A stretch of DNA of 46,387 nucleotides from Microthrixaceae bacterium (GTDB taxonomy: Bacteria > Actinomycetota > Acidimicrobiia > Acidimicrobiales > Microtrichaceae), in the NCBI GenBank assembly GCA_020439285.1, contig JAGQSZ010000002.1:3917-50303 (forward strand). Direction: 5' to 3'. Below are positions 44,370-46,387 of this stretch, one piece after another (the first letter of the stretch is position 1; every line of letters starts with the position of its first letter). Both the position numbers and the translations under genes were made by a program. The notes under the pieces are model-generated. The model did no database searches. It was not told the origin of the DNA and worked only from the letters and a program-made list of their open reading frames with translations.

Positions 44370-44942
44370 CTAGTCGGTTCCGACAATTAGTTCGGCGGCG
44401 TCAGCGAGACGCTCACCAAGAAGGTCATAGGAAAGGTGGCCGGTACCCGACAGGAGCAGGGCACCGGAGTATGCAAGTTCGAGCGCTCCGACCACTACGG
44501 GATCATCGACGCCTAGAGCGTCCACCAATCGTCCGTGGACCTCGGCACCGATGCGCTCTCGGAGCGACTTCACGAGCTGGTCATCGGCCAAGAGCGCAGT
44601 GGTACAGGCGGCCGAGAGTTCCGGTTCATCGGCGATCAGCATCGAAATCTCACCGAGCACAGCGGTGATGCGTTTGGCAGGAGTATGGCGGCGGTCGAGT
44701 TTGGTGGGAGGCAAATGCGAGAGTCGCCGCCAGAACACCTCTCCCACCAGATGTTCCTTCGACCCGAAATAGTTGTACGCCGTAGCGGGCGCAACTTCGG
44801 CCCGTGCAGCCACGTTGCGCACGGTCAACCCGTTGAATCCAACCGAGCGGATCTCATCCTCAGCAGCATCGAGCAGCGCATCAAAGGTCTGCCGCTGACG
44901 AGGAGACAGCTCATCTATCGTTGAAGCCAGCGCGTTGGACAT
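44370..44942 (-). CDS. TetR/AcrR-family transcriptional regulator
   Basis: HTH region LTVRNVAARAEVAPATAYNYFGSKEHL. ATG 44942 is preferred; the ORF-track TTG 44981 is an alternative. Confidence 0.85.
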   Translation of the reverse strand: MSNALASTIDELSPRQRQTFDALLDAAEDEIRSVGFNGLTVRNVAARAEVAPATAYNYFGSKEHLVGEVFWRRLSHLPPTKLDRRHTPAKRITAVLGEISMLIADEPELSAACTTALLADDQLVKSLRERIGAEVHGRLVDALGVDDPVVVGALELAYSGALLLSGTGHLSYDLLGERLADAAELIVGTD

Positions 44943-44950
44943 GTGTCCAA
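44935..44950. promoter_or_regulatory. Perfect palindrome overlapping the TetR start codon (candidate auto-operator)
   Basis: TTGGACA-TG-TGTCCAA. An imperfect second copy, CCAGACA-CC-TGTCCAA, lies at 44959-44974. On the minus strand a -10-like TACTAT lies 8 nt upstream of the ATG. Confidence 0.6.
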
Positions 44951-45017
44951 ATAGTAGACCAGACACCTGTCCAATCTTCAAGATTCCATCGGGCCCGGGT
45001 TTCGATGGTCACGGTCT

Positions 45018-45437
45018 TCAGTCCTCACCGAGGACGATTCCGACCTCGATCCAACTCGGGGGCATCGTCGGCGGGGTCTTCCAGAAGATGTCCAACTTCT
45101 TGATGAGCCCGTCATCGTCGATCACCATGACGTTCAGGAACCTCATGGTGATCGGTTCTGATCCGGGCGGTTGGATCACCTCGATGGCTTCATGGGTGAC
45201 CCGTTTGCCGTCGGCGGACACATAACCGCTCCGACTCTCGAGACTGTGCTGTTCGAAACGCCCGATGACCCCTTGAAGGAAGCGAATGTATGCGTCGGCT
45301 CCACAACAGGTGTCGGCTTCGGTGTCCTTCATTCCGATGCGCATGAAATCGTCGGTGATCGACTGTCGCACCAGATCCCAGTCGTGGGTATCGACGCCTT
45401 TCCAGAACGAAACAACGCTTGGTGGCAAGTCACTCAT
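45018..45437 (-). CDS. NTF2/SnoaL-like fold protein
   Basis: 139 aa. Size and the pattern W...D.D....L..DF.......(cone-like beta region) fit the fold. This is a weak by-eye call. Confidence 0.45.
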   Translation of the reverse strand: MSDLPPSVVSFWKGVDTHDWDLVRQSITDDFMRIGMKDTEADTCCGADAYIRFLQGVIGRFEQHSLESRSGYVSADGKRVTHEAIEVIQPPGSEPITMRFLNVMVIDDDGLIKKLDIFWKTPPTMPPSWIEVGIVLGED

Positions 45438-45568
45438 CTGAATCCCCCTTGATCATCCGGCAGCCCCCGGTGGCCACTGGCGGGGACCCTAGCGCGCCGC
45501 CCACGTCTCCAGATCCGTGGGGCGCGGATGGTGTGGACCATTTGTCTGCCAAGGTCCATCCTTGTGCA

Positions 45569-46387
45569 ATGGCAGCGACCCCAGAGCACCGGGCCACCCT
45601 CGAATCGCTCGGCATTCAGCCCTTCGATGCGGACAACCACTACTACGAGGCGCTCGATGCGTTTTCACGTCACCTGGATCCGAGACATGCGACCCGGGTC
45701 TTCCAATGGGCTCGCATCGACGGGCGTTCGTATCCGGTCATCGGAGGCGAGGTGTTTCGTGGGGTGAAGAACGCGACGTTCGATCCAGTTGCTCTGCCCG
45801 GGGTGCTCGCGGACTACTTCCGGGGGAACCCGAACAACGATGATCCACTCGAGCTACTCAGCCGCCACGAACCGATCCGCCCCGAGTACCGGGATCGGGA
45901 CGCCCGCCTGTCCACCATGGACGCCCAAGGAATCGACCGGTGCTGGATGTTTCCCACACTGGGAATGATCTACGAGGAACCCCTCCGCGAGGATCCTGAG
46001 GCCGTCACGCTTCTGTTCACAGCATTCAATCGCTGGCTCGACGAGGACTGGGGATTCGCCTACCTCGACCGCATCTACGCCGCGCCGTACATCACGCTCG
46101 TCGATGTTGATTGGGCCATCGCCGAACTGGACTGGGCTCTCGACCGCGGCGCCCGGTCAATCGTCATGCGACCAGCTGCACCCACCACAGCCTCTGGGCG
46201 GAGGTCTCCAGCAGACCAGTCATTCGATCCCTTCTGGGCACGGGTAAACGAATCGGGGATCACTGTCGTGGTCCATGCCGGCGACTCGGGATACACATCT
46301 CACGGATATGCCAACGAGGGTTTCACCACTGACTTCGCCGGCGCACCTCAACCGATCAAGATGCTGCAGTTGGAACGGCCGATCGAG
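45569..46387 (+). CDS. Amidohydrolase-2-family (ACMSD-like) metal-dependent hydrolase; 3' end runs off the window
   Basis: Frame open from ATG 45569 to the window end. It is absent from the ORF track because it has no in-window stop. Translation: MAATPEHRATLESLGIQPFDADNHYYE...CWMFPTLG...ARSIVMRP...FDPFWARVNESGITVVVHAGDSGY. Confidence 0.75.
   Translation, partial: MAATPEHRATLESLGIQPFDADNHYYEALDAFSRHLDPRHATRVFQWARIDGRSYPVIGGEVFRGVKNATFDPVALPGVLADYFRGNPNNDDPLELLSRHEPIRPEYRDRDARLSTMDAQGIDRCWMFPTLGMIYEEPLREDPEAVTLLFTAFNRWLDEDWGFAYLDRIYAAPYITLVDVDWAIAELDWALDRGARSIVMRPAAPTTASGRRSPADQSFDPFWARVNESGITVVVHAGDSGYTSHGYANEGFTTDFAGAPQPIKMLQLERPIE

Noticed and set aside
1-46387. Mobile elements, prophage, CRISPR arrays, tRNA/rRNA genes, toxin-antitoxin or known defence systems.
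   Set aside because: I found no transposase, integrase, recombinase or Cas-like ORFs, no regularly spaced direct repeats, and no tRNA-like cloverleaf candidates in the intergenic gaps, all of which are short.

Overview
This is a 46.4-kb, gene-dense, high-GC chromosomal segment with about 46 CDS, mostly on the minus strand. All protein family calls rest on motif recognition by eye; no database or HMM search was run.

It looks actinobacterial. It encodes a mycothiol-type DinB/MDMPI enzyme and two F420-family enzymes (PPOX-class and Ddn-class). It also has many SDR, TetR and acyl-CoA enzymes, frequent GTG/TTG starts, 1-4 nt stop/start overlaps, and apparent leaderless genes. I saw no rRNA, tRNA, CRISPR array, transposase, integrase or obvious defence system.

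Gene content, left to right:
- Housekeeping and catabolic genes: DUF3097, SDR, aquaporin Z, acyl-CoA synthetase, cyclase, Zn-ADH, GNAT, a TetR plus metal-hydrolase pair, CBS, a saccharopine-DH-like reductase, and a TMEM175-like channel.
- A redox-flavoured minus-strand run: DsbA-like, MDMPI, SDR, PEBP, SelO.
- A cell-surface block: sialidase lipoprotein, a secreted Ig-like/choice-of-anchor-L protein, a DUF5684/DUF2510 membrane protein, and a prepilin-type protein with a very long coiled-coil tail.
- A fused tandem acyl-CoA dehydrogenase.
- A CstB-like persulfide dioxygenase-rhodanese plus TauE operon, then a CX5R phosphatase, a PPOX/F420 enzyme, an ATP-grasp ligase, a tiny Cys-rich protein, two MFS pumps, and AKR/SDR/Ddn/TetR genes.
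- A 7-gene TetR-P450-SDR-ALDH-HIBADH-CMD-SDR operon.
- An NTF2-like gene and a partial amidohydrolase.

The most interesting signal is a set of four near-identical GC-rich palindromes (consensus TATACC-C[CT]A[TA]GG-GGTATA). They sit in three divergent intergenic regions between 29.5 and 37.9 kb. They resemble CsoR/RicR/CstR (DUF156) operators, yet no DUF156 regulator gene is present in the window. This points to an uncharacterised persulfide- or copper-responsive regulon with unusual members. The second most interesting item is the orphan pilin-like coiled-coil protein.
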